Virus record (IMG/VR): IMGVR_UViG_3300035698_017588
Coordinates: 31,002-95,001 of that record
From: a virus
Reading direction: 5' to 3' (one strand)
DNA length: 64,000 nt
Of this stretch, positions 18,634 through 28,727 are shown one piece after another; position 1 is the first letter of the stretch; each line of letters starts with the position of its first letter. Position numbers and translations under genes: made by a program. The notes under the pieces were generated by a model. The model searched no databases. It had not been told where the DNA came from and saw only the letters and a program-made list of their open reading frames with translations.

Positions 18634-19030
18634 GTTCTATGTCGCGACCACTCTTTCTAATGCAGATCAGGCCAAAATAGCAATTAATCGACTGAGTGAC
18701 TTTGGTCATGAAGTCAGCTACGATTGGACGACCCATGGTTTCGCACCAGTCGAAGTCAGGAAAGAGATCGCAGCCAAGGAATTGCAAGGCGTTATTGATG
18801 CGGATGTTTTATTCGTTATCTGGCCCGGTGGTGGCGGAACCCATATTGAGATGGGTGTCGCGATATCTCTAAACAAGCCGATCATCTTTGTTGCTCCAGA
18901 GAGTCTTGAAAGAGAAGTATCATTTTACCAACTCGACAATGTATTGAGAATGAGTGAAATGAGCAAGGCCATCGAGGTCGCCCACAAGCATCTATCCCAA
19001 TACGAAGGACAATTAGCAGATTATGAGTGA
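18623..19030 (+). CDS. Nucleoside 2-deoxyribosyltransferase / nucleotide N-glycosidase family protein
   Basis: FYVA start, ELQGVIDADVLF, GTHIEMGVA with the catalytic Glu, KPII. Confidence 0.8.
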   Translation: MPAKFYVATTLSNADQAKIAINRLSDFGHEVSYDWTTHGFAPVEVRKEIAAKELQGVIDADVLFVIWPGGGGTHIEMGVAISLNKPIIFVAPESLEREVSFYQLDNVLRMSEMSKAIEVAHKHLSQYEGQLADYE

Positions 19031-19625
19031 CATCAAATGGGGTTCATTGATTATTCAATGCAACGACGCACAATCTATCCGACCAGCTTCTGAGCTTGCT
19101 CACAAACAAAGAGTCGGCAATGTAATCGTCCCGCCCGAGAGCATCGAGCAAAGCATCATGGGACGCAGCATGATGAAGGCGAAATACCATCTCCTGACAA
19201 CAATCAAGAACCCAAGCCAACGGGCTCCAGGCTCTGACAAATTCATCAACATCAACGCAGATGTTTTTGACGTCGAAGGATTCGAAATCGTTCCAATGAA
19301 AACGGATAACCCGCAAGTCTTGCTCAAAGACTTGCGGATGTGCTCTGACTTTCTGAAAAACAACCTCAACCAACAAGTAACTATTGGTTGGAACCTTTCA
19401 GGTCACGGTCTCAAGGACAAAGAGACCCTGCAGCTTTTAGATTCAATCGCCAAGGGCTACAGACCAGATTATATCCGGTTTGATGAATCCCAAGGGCTGA
19501 TCTGCACAATCGCGAAAAAGATTTGTGCGACGAAAATGGCTCTTCCATTCAATGCTGACGTTGAATCTGACTGGAAAATCATCGAAGCTTCGGAAGCCCT
19601 CAAGCTTGCGAAACAACCAGCATGA
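19023..19625 (+). CDS. Hypothetical protein, weakly reminiscent of a degenerate DeoC-like TIM barrel
   Basis: 200 aa; VIVPP, PGSDK, GFEIV spacing loosely follows DeoC; weak. Confidence 0.4.
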   Translation: MSDIKWGSLIIQCNDAQSIRPASELAHKQRVGNVIVPPESIEQSIMGRSMMKAKYHLLTTIKNPSQRAPGSDKFININADVFDVEGFEIVPMKTDNPQVLLKDLRMCSDFLKNNLNQQVTIGWNLSGHGLKDKETLQLLDSIAKGYRPDYIRFDESQGLICTIAKKICATKMALPFNADVESDWKIIEASEALKLAKQPA

Positions 19626-19643
19626 GAACGATCTGGGACTGAA

Positions 19644-19880
19644 ATGAACGAACAGCCCGAATTTTATCCGGCGTGGAAAGTGAAAGGTGGTCTGTTCTGG
19701 TCATTCAGAATCATGTTAGTGCATTTATTGTTCATCTTAACTCCGCTAGCAGGACTCTTCATAGACCCATTGATGGTTCCAGTCGGACTGTGCATCTCAA
19801 TGGGCTGGGCATACACAGAATTTAATAGGTATTCTAAATGGTGGAACAAGACCCTCAGAAAAGACCGAAAACCATTTTGA
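19644..19880 (+). CDS. Small two-helix membrane protein
   Basis: Two hydrophobic segments and a basic C-terminus. Confidence 0.55.
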   Translation: MNEQPEFYPAWKVKGGLFWSFRIMLVHLLFILTPLAGLFIDPLMVPVGLCISMGWAYTEFNRYSKWWNKTLRKDRKPF

Positions 19881-19920
19881 TATCAGACGTCACTTAACTT
19901 CATTTCATTACAGAGATACT

Positions 19921-21051
19921 ATGAAACTTGGAAAAATTAACCTCGTCGTAGACGGACAACATGGCTCAACTGGCAAAGGTCTGATCAACTCATACCTTGC
20001 ATGGCGAGACAGGCCCGAAGTCATCAGTTGCACCAACATGGCAAACGCAGGCCACACCGCCATTCTCCCGGACGGAACAAAATTCGTCGCAAAAGCCCTG
20101 CCAAGCTCCACGATCCTTAACAAACTCGACAACTACTCACCAGAAGTCGTTGTCGGAGCAGGAGCAGCATTCACCGTCGACCAGCTGCTCAAAGAACTGA
20201 AAGAATGCGGCAACCCGAACTTAACCGTCCATCCAAGAGCCGGAGTGATCACGCAAGAACACAAAGAGCGTGAATCCGAACTCAAGGGCGGTACAAAGCA
20301 CATTGCCAGCACAATGCAAGGCTGCGGAGCCTTTTTAGCTGATAAAGTGATGCGAGGACCAGATGTCAAGCTGGCTGGAGACTACGAAGATCTGTCCTTC
20401 TTCGCTCCGAGTTTTCTTGCTGATCGTCTTGGCTCCAAAAGCAAGTATCTGCCCGATCTGTTGATGCAATATTTAACCACCGGTCGCACTATTCTCCATG
20501 AAGGCTCCCAAGGTTTTGGGCTTGATATCAATCACGGGAATCAATACCCGAATTGCACAAGCCGTCAATGTACAGCTTTGCAATCAGTCGCTGATATGGG
20601 GCTGCCCCATCAAGTTATTGGCGACGTTTACATGGTGATCAGGCCCTATCCAATTCGAGTTGGGAATGTGGTAGAAAAGGGCAAGACTGTTGGCTACAGC
20701 GGCGACCCCTACTCCGACAGCAAGGAGATCACTTGGGAGGAAGTCGCGACTCGATGCGGTGCTCCACCCGAAGTGATGGCCGGAGAGCTAACAACGGTCA
20801 CGAAGAGGCTTCGACGGGTGTTCGAGCGGTCAGATATTCAGTTCCGCCAAGCTGCAATGGTCAACGGGGCCACGAAAATTGCTTTGAACTTCGCGAATTA
20901 TGTTGATTGGTCTTGTTATGGCAAGAACAATTGGGATGAACTTGGCGACAAGGTTCACAGTTTCATTGCGAAGGTCGAAGACGCGGCTGGAGTGCGGGTT
21001 GAGCTTGTTGGGACCGGGCCGAGCGTTGAACATGTTGCGGTTCGTCCGTAA
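19921..21051 (+). CDS. purZ: PurZ-type N6-succino-2-amino-deoxyadenylate synthetase (PurA paralogue)
   Basis: DGQHGSTGKG (Ser-Thr where PurA has Asp-Glu), NAGHT, EGSQG, YPNCTSR, RPYPIRVGN, TTVTKRLRR, LNFANY (where PurA has TKLD), VGTGP. Confidence 0.82.
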   Translation: MKLGKINLVVDGQHGSTGKGLINSYLAWRDRPEVISCTNMANAGHTAILPDGTKFVAKALPSSTILNKLDNYSPEVVVGAGAAFTVDQLLKELKECGNPNLTVHPRAGVITQEHKERESELKGGTKHIASTMQGCGAFLADKVMRGPDVKLAGDYEDLSFFAPSFLADRLGSKSKYLPDLLMQYLTTGRTILHEGSQGFGLDINHGNQYPNCTSRQCTALQSVADMGLPHQVIGDVYMVIRPYPIRVGNVVEKGKTVGYSGDPYSDSKEITWEEVATRCGAPPEVMAGELTTVTKRLRRVFERSDIQFRQAAMVNGATKIALNFANYVDWSCYGKNNWDELGDKVHSFIAKVEDAAGVRVELVGTGPSVEHVAVRP

Positions 21052-21147
21052 CGTACATAATCCAGACAATGAGCGACTCAAGGGCTTGAGGGACATGGTT
21101 GTTTCTCAAGCCCTTGCTATATACAAACATAAGGAGGGAGATTCTTT

Positions 21148-21675
21148 ATGACTGAAACAAATCCAATTATGGCCTCGGCTAAATATCCACTTGGTAGCAC
21201 GGCATGGTTCCTGGGATTAGAGCCGCATGAAAGTTATCAATTGGGTGAACAATATGACATGTTCATGTTCGAGCATCCGATTTTCGCACTTAGCCGAACG
21301 CCGTTGCGACATATTTGGAAGAGTAGTCGTGCATTGCCAAAGTTAGAACATGAATCTTTTGACAATATAATCACTCTGGTTACGAGTCGTATCTTAGTCC
21401 AGTCAATGGTTGTCGAGAGTATCGAACGAAGCGAAAATACAGGGGAATTCGTTTATTTGGATAATGATCTAGAGGTCTGCTTACCAGAGCAAGTTCTCTA
21501 TTCTACGAGGCGTGAAGCTTCGCGAGAACAAACACGAATTCTTAAAATGGTCAGAGACTGGGCAATAGCACAATTGGAAACGAACAATGAAATGTTTTCC
21601 ATGCGAAGGAATAGCAAAAAACAACAAAATCGACGTCGTGATCGTCGATCCGGGAAAGCCCCTAATCAGGGGTAA
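21148..21675 (+). CDS. Hypothetical protein
   Basis: 175-aa ORF with a strong AAGGAGG RBS. Confidence 0.7.
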   Translation: MTETNPIMASAKYPLGSTAWFLGLEPHESYQLGEQYDMFMFEHPIFALSRTPLRHIWKSSRALPKLEHESFDNIITLVTSRILVQSMVVESIERSENTGEFVYLDNDLEVCLPEQVLYSTRREASREQTRILKMVRDWAIAQLETNNEMFSMRRNSKKQQNRRRDRRSGKAPNQG

Positions 21676-24600
21676 TTCTAATCAAGCACGATCGGAGTTC
21701 CCGTGGACTAATCCTCGCAATCGGTATGACGTCAATAATAGTGGCGATGTAACGGCACTTGATGCCCTCTTAGTTATCAATGCATTAAATCGAGGCATTG
21801 AATTCGACCCTTTCGTAGAACCAGAATTCTTCTACGATGTGAATGGCAGTCGGACTGTTTCGGCACTAGATGCACTGCAAGTCATCAATTACATTAATGG
21901 CCAAGACACCAACAATAATGGCGTCGTAAACAGCGGAGATCTTGACACACAACGCCTTATCGCAAAGAAAATCGAAGGCGTAAAAAGACAAGCAACCCGT
22001 CTACGGGCACAAGAATCGAACGAGCCAATCAGACTTCAAAGCAGTGGAAACGGGGCAGCATTAAGATTCGAACTATTGTTTCCATTCAGAACAATGGGTG
22101 GAGCTTTCCGATTCACCCTACAATCAGTAGAATGGGGCGAATCAGTATGGTCGCCAGAAATTCGTATCCCAAATTCTGTCTATCACAATGCTTTAAGTGA
22201 CCAACCAGCTGCTGGAGCCAATTATTCTTCTGACATGGCGGACGTCAGACAACAGATGTTGGACGCGGTCTTAGCCGTATACAACAATACTCCGACTTTC
22301 GATAACATCACAGCCGCAAACGTCACTATCCAACAATATGTTAATCAGGGATTCTGTTGGTATGATATCGTCGTCGATTGTGTGCCACCAGCGGGTTTTT
22401 GTGGAGCAGGTCAAGAATATGATTTCACCATCTTTCGAACGACATCGACGAATCGAGCTCTAGCAGCACAGTCAGCTGGATTTTATGCTGAAAAAGTTTT
22501 TTCATTCTCTGGACCAGGAGGAAGTTCAGCCTTAGGTTCGACTTGGAGCACTGATAGAAGACTAACAGATGGAACATTGACCTTCCAATTCAGAAGACCA
22601 ATTTCTATCCAACGAGGAAATATCAATAGCTTCGTAAGTATGACTGTCCCGTGGGACATGAATTTCAGTGACTTTGCGGCCTTGGTGGACCAAACCATCG
22701 GCCCATTGTATGGCGGTGCAGGACAAGGAAATACATCTGTAGAGAATTATACTGGTAGTTTTCTTTTCAACAGCAAAATCGGTGAGAACACTCTTGGAAT
22801 TCGAGTAAAGCAGTTTCCATTTCTTGCAGTAGACCCAGCCACATTGAGCGACCTCTTATTTGAGATCGATGGAAACAATACCAAAATGCTGGTTCCATAT
22901 AATAATGTAACTCCAGGCATTACACAATTATTCTTTAGAGAATGTGGCGGCACCGGTCCAACAAACGTCAGCGGTGGCGGATGCGGACCCTGCAATCCAG
23001 GTGGTGGCTCCAACGGCTCCAACGGCTCCAACGGCTCCAACGGCTCCAACGGCTCCAACGGATCAAACGGCTCCAATGGATCAAACGGCTCTAATGGATC
23101 GAACGGCTCTAATGGATCGAACGGCTCTAATGGCTCAAATGGTACCAATGGACAAGATGGAGGACCAGACAATACTTGTGTTTATGATTTTCTAGAAGTG
23201 CCCGTCTGCAACACTCTGCTTGACCCCAATTTAACGCCTCGGCAAAGAGGATATGGTGTATATGGTGCGAGCCACGAATGGGATCTCACTAATATCGGAT
23301 ATGCTAGTTTTACTATCAACTTCACATTCGGTGGTGGTCAGACCGCATCTACTCAACCAATCATCGTAAACGATACGACGATCTCTGCGTCGCCATTTGT
23401 CGACTATAACACCGAAGATGTGATAAAAAGTGGCGATCAACCGCCATCATTTTTCGCATTGAATAGTTTGATCCTCGAAGCAATATTCAATCTATATAAT
23501 TCGAATAATGCATTCCCATACATCAGTCGAAGTGAAATCCAGGTTTACAATTTCCATGTCCCAACTGGTATAGCACCATCCACGTATATCGTGAAATGGG
23601 GCTTCCGAATTAAGAAGGCCCCCTTCGACGGATTCGAATCAATCAGCGTTACCACGTCAACCAAAACCAACAAGATCTTCTTCAACGACACCGTATCTGG
23701 ATCGACGTTTCCAGGAGTTTCGATCGAAAGATGGCTAAGGTTTGTCGGTGGTTCAACTGGAACATTCAATATCGTTGCTACAATCGACCGCCAATTCGAT
23801 GATGTCGATGACGTGCTGTTGTATCAAAATATCCCAGCCAATATTACACTGGCTGATCTCAAGACATTATTAAACACCCAGAGTTTCTCTAATGTTGGAA
23901 CTGGTGGACAATTCAATGCTGGGCAATTTGAAGTAACCCCATACACAAATGGAACAATGTCTGATCCAGTAAACAATGGATCACTATTCAGAATCGCATA
24001 CTTGTTCACATCACCGCTTCAGCCGGTGATTAATCAAAGAAGATTCATACAAATCGAGGCTGAAGGTCTCAACGACAATATTATCCACAATTATTTCAAC
24101 AAGACAATTAACTTAGATAATTGTGGAGAGATTAATGGTGTGGTGAATGGGAAAACGCCAGCGACATTCACACCATTTCAAATCAGATTCGAACCAGGAC
24201 CAAACCCAAATGTTCCTATAAACATCTACTCTGTTTATGTGAAATACAGTCTAAGAAGCACTGTTAACACAGCAAACAGAACTATCGTTTACATGCCGAT
24301 AAGCGAATATGATGGAACTTCCGCTCCTAACTGTGTGGACTGGGGAATCAACGGTGTAAGTGGAGAACTCAACACTGACTTGAACTTAGCAGAGCTTCAA
24401 ACAACAAGCTTAGACGTATCAGGCAATGAAAGATTCATCTATACCAGATTCAACCAAGGGAGCGGAGAAAGCTTCGCAACTCAGCTGGGCTTTGAATTCG
24501 AATCGCCATGGACCAACAGTCCAAATCGAGTAATCGATGGTGATACCGGTCTTGCGATGCTTCCCGGAATGACAGGATACAAACCCAGCCGGATTGAAAA

Positions 24601-27600
24601 AGCCGAGCTATTGATTCTGGCGGGAAAGCCCGACAACCTAGAAGCACAAACACCAATCGAACTGTCATACTTCCCAGACGAGAGAAAAGTTTACAGCTCT
24701 GTGGGCACCACCCCGACCCACAATCAATTCAACGTAGTTCTGATGGTCTCAAGAAATTCGGGGGCCATTCACGGACAATTGACTACTCCGAACATCACAC
24801 AGTTTGTCGATGATTTGGAACTAGCACTAGGTTCAACATCTTCTGTTGCAGTCGTCGAATTTGGTAAAGTGCCCTCCTTATTCTCCGGAAATAGCAATAC
24901 AGTTCTTGGTTTCACACCATTAACGAACAAACCAGCGATAATCGCAGCAATTGACGGCATCGTTTACAATGCAAGCGAATCAAAGTGGGGACAAGTCCAA
25001 GGCTTAGACGCAGCCGTCACTCTGTTCAATAGCCTTGGAACATCGCCATCACGAAAATTGTTGATCTCACTCAGCAATGGTATTGAGACACGACAAGCAA
25101 GAATCGAAAGAGGCACTAGTCCGACTAGTTGGCTTGTGAGAGCTTCACAGTTTTCATCTAATGGAACAGATGTAGTCTTATCAAATCAAAGCAATGACTT
25201 CCCTGGTATGACATTGCCACTTGGAGTCAGCTACGGTGAACCAGACGACTATACCGATTTTCTAGACAGACTCGCAGGAGCGATCTACGCCTACAACAAT
25301 GTTCCGTACGCCGATCCAAAAAATCTGCTTATTGAACTACCAGTATCATGCACTGAGGGTATTTCAGAGCCGAACGATTTGGTGATTTCGACACAAATCG
25401 GTGCCTCGACTTGGCGAACCATTCTACCTTCTAACAGGATCATAGCTTCAACGGGCAATCCGTTCTTTTGGGGCTATGATTTTGATGAAGGCAGTGGATT
25501 CTTACGCAATATCAGAATCGACGCACAGACCGTCTTTAACGACGCCGTCGTTGGGAACTGGAATAATCTTCCAGCTATCGACTTCAAAAGAGTAGGCATT
25601 GAATTGGAAGAAGCTGGCTGGAACACACTATGCTTGCCTCTTGGAGAGAATTTGCAAGGTGGTGGAGATGGAGGGGGATCGGACGGCGGTATTGTCACAG
25701 ATGGATGTGATCTGAGCAACATTCAAGTCAGCTTGACTTACGATCTGTTCACAAGGAATCCAATCAACATCTATGCCTCGGCTATGAAGTACGTCGTTCG
25801 AGACTTCATCAATCCTTCTATTAGAGCCACAATCATTGTGCCAATTGAAGGATGGAACAATCTGAACCTCTCCTATGGACAAACACCATGTTCATATTGG
25901 GTGAGCAATACGATCCCTACTCAATATAGCCGATATCCCGCCCCGACATCTGGTAGCGTGGTAAATGTATCAGGAGTAGCGAACTTCATTTCGCCATTGT
26001 TCGGACTTGGGGGTAATCCTCAAACGACGATATCCACGGTGCCGACACACGATCAAGATAACGTAATGGGGCGGATCGTTTCTGGTGATCCAAGATGCAC
26101 ACTGACAAGAAGCCAAGTTGGATATCGATCGTGTGTGGTCGAGTCGATGGAACTTCTGCTATTATCGTCACTTGCTAACAATCTACTGGCTGATCCACCA
26201 TTCATTGAAAGAATCTTCGATGAAGAAATTATTTTCTTCGATCCCGGCAACTGTGATGTGTTAGACGTCGTTTTCGCAGTTGACAATTCTGGAAGCATGA
26301 ACGGACCGATCAATAATGTTAAATCCGGTATCGATCAATTGATCGATTTCATCTTTAGTATCAGTCCCTTAGGACGCATTGGTTTGGTGAGTTATGGTCA
26401 ATCATCTAACAATGGTTTACCAATTGTTTATCTCTCGCCCACGTCCGTAGCTACCGCGATAGAAAGAGACACCATTCGACAAGCAGTCCAATTATACCAA
26501 GCAAGTGGTAGTAGAGAACCACACGGTTCAGCAGTAAAAACAGCCGTTGACGAACTATTGGCAGTACCATTTTCTGGTTTAACGTTCTCCGGAGCACCAG
26601 AAAATATCGAGCCACAAAACAACTCGGAAATCAGACCGAGCATTATTAACGGCCAGCCTACTAGCAATTATGAAGCCGTTGGTGTCGTCAATGGAAACTG
26701 CACAGGAACACTAATTGCACCAGAATATGTGTTAACAGCGGCCCACTGCATGTTCGACCAGAACAATGTTAAGATACCGCTCAGCAGTATGAGCTTTGAG
26801 GTTGGCGGAACCGTTTATAATGTAGTCGAAGAGACAACTCATCCAAATTACGATGATGCATTCTTCGAAGTGGGATTTGACGCCTCTATATTAAAACTAT
26901 CGACACCAGTGACTGGAGTAACCCCGTATGGTCTACTAACAGTACCACCAACCGTTGGCGATACATTGACCATAGTGGGCTTCGGAGAGGGTGGCAACAG
27001 TGCATCACCTCAGCCCAACTTTGGCACAAAAAGAGTAGGACAAACGCCACTAGAAAACCTGACTTTCGTCCATTTAAACTGGAGTTATGATCCGGGCGAA
27101 GCGAACACAAGTTTCGGCGATTCGGGAGGACCATCATTTGTCGATGTCAACGGCACAGATTTAATCGCTGGAATCGTTAGCGGCGGTGCCGGTATTCCTA
27201 GGGATACACCGGGTGTGTCATCATTCAACACCAGGATAGACACGATACTACCATGGATCAATTCCGTGTTAAGCGGAGGTGGTGGTGGAGGTAGCGGACC
27301 CGTCGATCGTTCGCAAGTAGTCATATTAATCACTGATGAAGGATCGGCAGATGACGGATATGGTAGTTCCAATGAGTCGGATGCTTTCATTCGGACACAA
27401 GCACAATACGCTGGTGCTAATGATATCCCGATTTTTAGCGTTCAAGTGGCGAACAATTCTGGAGATGGAGTAATCTTCGATTTCCATAAAATCAACGCTC
27501 AGGAAAGCTCAGGTGCGGCAGTCAAGCAGATCGATGGTTTGATTGTTGAACCGTTAATCAAATTGTTCACCAGATTCTGTCTTACAGCAGTAGGCACTTC

Positions 27601-28693
27601 AAACACAGAAGTAGTAACACCGAACCAGTGTACGGGTCTTAACAATGGCAATATGCTGATCGATCTGGAATTCGACAGCGAAGCCTATCCGAATAGACAA
27701 TCTTTTCAATACAATCTTCAAGCGATTGAGATATTGCAAACCACTGGCAATGAAGTATTCTGGCCTTATAACCCACCAGCATCTCTTCAATATGACACCA
27801 GACCAGACGGCAATTGGTTGAACTATCCAAATATCGACCGACAGGGTGTTGAGATGGGTCTGGCACGATGGGAAGGTTTCAGAATCTTCACTGACCTACC
27901 GGATGGAACTGGAGTTGTACAGTGTACTGGTATCAATGTCCGACTAATCGAAGGTCGAGGCAATATCAACATCCCACCAATTGAAATCGCTGGTGTCGGT
28001 CAAGTTGCAAGATGTTTCACAAATGTGACTGTTGCGACAATCAATGAAGGTGGCAACGGAAACCCAACAGTTCAGGTTATCACTCTAGATAACGCTACTG
28101 GTGGAGATTGGCAGATAGAAATACCAGACACCACAGCTGGAACAGTAACATCTGTTTTGGGTTGGGATGCTACGGCCACAGATGTAGAAAACGCATTAAA
28201 CGCTCTCCCGCCACTCACTGGCAGAGTCGCAGTAACAGGAAATAATCCAATATTCACAATTACTTTCAATGCTGGGATTAGCCCAATTAGTGAATTGATT
28301 CTGATAAACAATCTTACCTGTACTGATCAAGCGATCACGATTGTACCAGATGGGCCATATTGTTATGAAGTGCCTAAGCCAGGACCGAATGACAATGTTG
28401 ATCCGCCAGATGAATCATGTAATTTCTGCATCCCAACGGTGACACAAACCGTAAACCTTCATTATGAAGGCATTAGTGCTGGATGTGATACATCGACACG
28501 TAAAATAGCTTGCAGATTCACCAAGATTCCTGGTGATTACAACTATTTCAAATTGGTCAATGGCGTTTTGCAAACGGTACCTGCAGATTATGAAGCAGTT
28601 CCCGGCGACAAGATCGTTTTGTTAAACAAATCGGTCGAACAGACCAGCGTTATTCTCAGTAAAGTCAGTCGGTCATTTACTGAGAAGATATGA
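21587..28693 (+). CDS. 2368-aa multidomain putative virion/adhesin protein: planctomycete-type dockerin pair, (GSN)15 tract, two vWA domains, trypsin-like serine protease
   Basis: YDVNNSGDVTALDALLVINALN / YDVNGSRTVSALDALQVINYIN; DVVFAVDNSGSM MIDAS and VILITDE; IINGQP, CTGTLI, LTAAHC, DASIL, GDSGGP. Confidence 0.85.
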   Translation: MKCFPCEGIAKNNKIDVVIVDPGKPLIRGNSNQARSEFPWTNPRNRYDVNNSGDVTALDALLVINALNRGIEFDPFVEPEFFYDVNGSRTVSALDALQVINYINGQDTNNNGVVNSGDLDTQRLIAKKIEGVKRQATRLRAQESNEPIRLQSSGNGAALRFELLFPFRTMGGAFRFTLQSVEWGESVWSPEIRIPNSVYHNALSDQPAAGANYSSDMADVRQQMLDAVLAVYNNTPTFDNITAANVTIQQYVNQGFCWYDIVVDCVPPAGFCGAGQEYDFTIFRTTSTNRALAAQSAGFYAEKVFSFSGPGGSSALGSTWSTDRRLTDGTLTFQFRRPISIQRGNINSFVSMTVPWDMNFSDFAALVDQTIGPLYGGAGQGNTSVENYTGSFLFNSKIGENTLGIRVKQFPFLAVDPATLSDLLFEIDGNNTKMLVPYNNVTPGITQLFFRECGGTGPTNVSGGGCGPCNPGGGSNGSNGSNGSNGSNGSNGSNGSNGSNGSNGSNGSNGSNGSNGSNGTNGQDGGPDNTCVYDFLEVPVCNTLLDPNLTPRQRGYGVYGASHEWDLTNIGYASFTINFTFGGGQTASTQPIIVNDTTISASPFVDYNTEDVIKSGDQPPSFFALNSLILEAIFNLYNSNNAFPYISRSEIQVYNFHVPTGIAPSTYIVKWGFRIKKAPFDGFESISVTTSTKTNKIFFNDTVSGSTFPGVSIERWLRFVGGSTGTFNIVATIDRQFDDVDDVLLYQNIPANITLADLKTLLNTQSFSNVGTGGQFNAGQFEVTPYTNGTMSDPVNNGSLFRIAYLFTSPLQPVINQRRFIQIEAEGLNDNIIHNYFNKTINLDNCGEINGVVNGKTPATFTPFQIRFEPGPNPNVPINIYSVYVKYSLRSTVNTANRTIVYMPISEYDGTSAPNCVDWGINGVSGELNTDLNLAELQTTSLDVSGNERFIYTRFNQGSGESFATQLGFEFESPWTNSPNRVIDGDTGLAMLPGMTGYKPSRIEKAELLILAGKPDNLEAQTPIELSYFPDERKVYSSVGTTPTHNQFNVVLMVSRNSGAIHGQLTTPNITQFVDDLELALGSTSSVAVVEFGKVPSLFSGNSNTVLGFTPLTNKPAIIAAIDGIVYNASESKWGQVQGLDAAVTLFNSLGTSPSRKLLISLSNGIETRQARIERGTSPTSWLVRASQFSSNGTDVVLSNQSNDFPGMTLPLGVSYGEPDDYTDFLDRLAGAIYAYNNVPYADPKNLLIELPVSCTEGISEPNDLVISTQIGASTWRTILPSNRIIASTGNPFFWGYDFDEGSGFLRNIRIDAQTVFNDAVVGNWNNLPAIDFKRVGIELEEAGWNTLCLPLGENLQGGGDGGGSDGGIVTDGCDLSNIQVSLTYDLFTRNPINIYASAMKYVVRDFINPSIRATIIVPIEGWNNLNLSYGQTPCSYWVSNTIPTQYSRYPAPTSGSVVNVSGVANFISPLFGLGGNPQTTISTVPTHDQDNVMGRIVSGDPRCTLTRSQVGYRSCVVESMELLLLSSLANNLLADPPFIERIFDEEIIFFDPGNCDVLDVVFAVDNSGSMNGPINNVKSGIDQLIDFIFSISPLGRIGLVSYGQSSNNGLPIVYLSPTSVATAIERDTIRQAVQLYQASGSREPHGSAVKTAVDELLAVPFSGLTFSGAPENIEPQNNSEIRPSIINGQPTSNYEAVGVVNGNCTGTLIAPEYVLTAAHCMFDQNNVKIPLSSMSFEVGGTVYNVVEETTHPNYDDAFFEVGFDASILKLSTPVTGVTPYGLLTVPPTVGDTLTIVGFGEGGNSASPQPNFGTKRVGQTPLENLTFVHLNWSYDPGEANTSFGDSGGPSFVDVNGTDLIAGIVSGGAGIPRDTPGVSSFNTRIDTILPWINSVLSGGGGGGSGPVDRSQVVILITDEGSADDGYGSSNESDAFIRTQAQYAGANDIPIFSVQVANNSGDGVIFDFHKINAQESSGAAVKQIDGLIVEPLIKLFTRFCLTAVGTSNTEVVTPNQCTGLNNGNMLIDLEFDSEAYPNRQSFQYNLQAIEILQTTGNEVFWPYNPPASLQYDTRPDGNWLNYPNIDRQGVEMGLARWEGFRIFTDLPDGTGVVQCTGINVRLIEGRGNINIPPIEIAGVGQVARCFTNVTVATINEGGNGNPTVQVITLDNATGGDWQIEIPDTTAGTVTSVLGWDATATDVENALNALPPLTGRVAVTGNNPIFTITFNAGISPISELILINNLTCTDQAITIVPDGPYCYEVPKPGPNDNVDPPDESCNFCIPTVTQTVNLHYEGISAGCDTSTRKIACRFTKIPGDYNYFKLVNGVLQTVPADYEAVPGDKIVLLNKSVEQTSVILSKVSRSFTEKI
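23006..23140 (+). repeat. 15 x 9-bp coding tandem repeat (Gly-Ser-Asn)
   Basis: ggctccaac x6 perfect, then nine synonymous variants. Confidence 0.95.
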
Positions 28694-28727
28694 TATCACC
28701 CCGTCCGACAAAATCGAGCTTGTTTCA

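Noticed and set aside
19623-19646. TGA of 19023-19625 is in frame with the next ORF (possible readthrough fusion)
   Set aside because: There is a one-in-three chance of this phase, the downstream ORF has its own ATG, and no motif supports a fusion.
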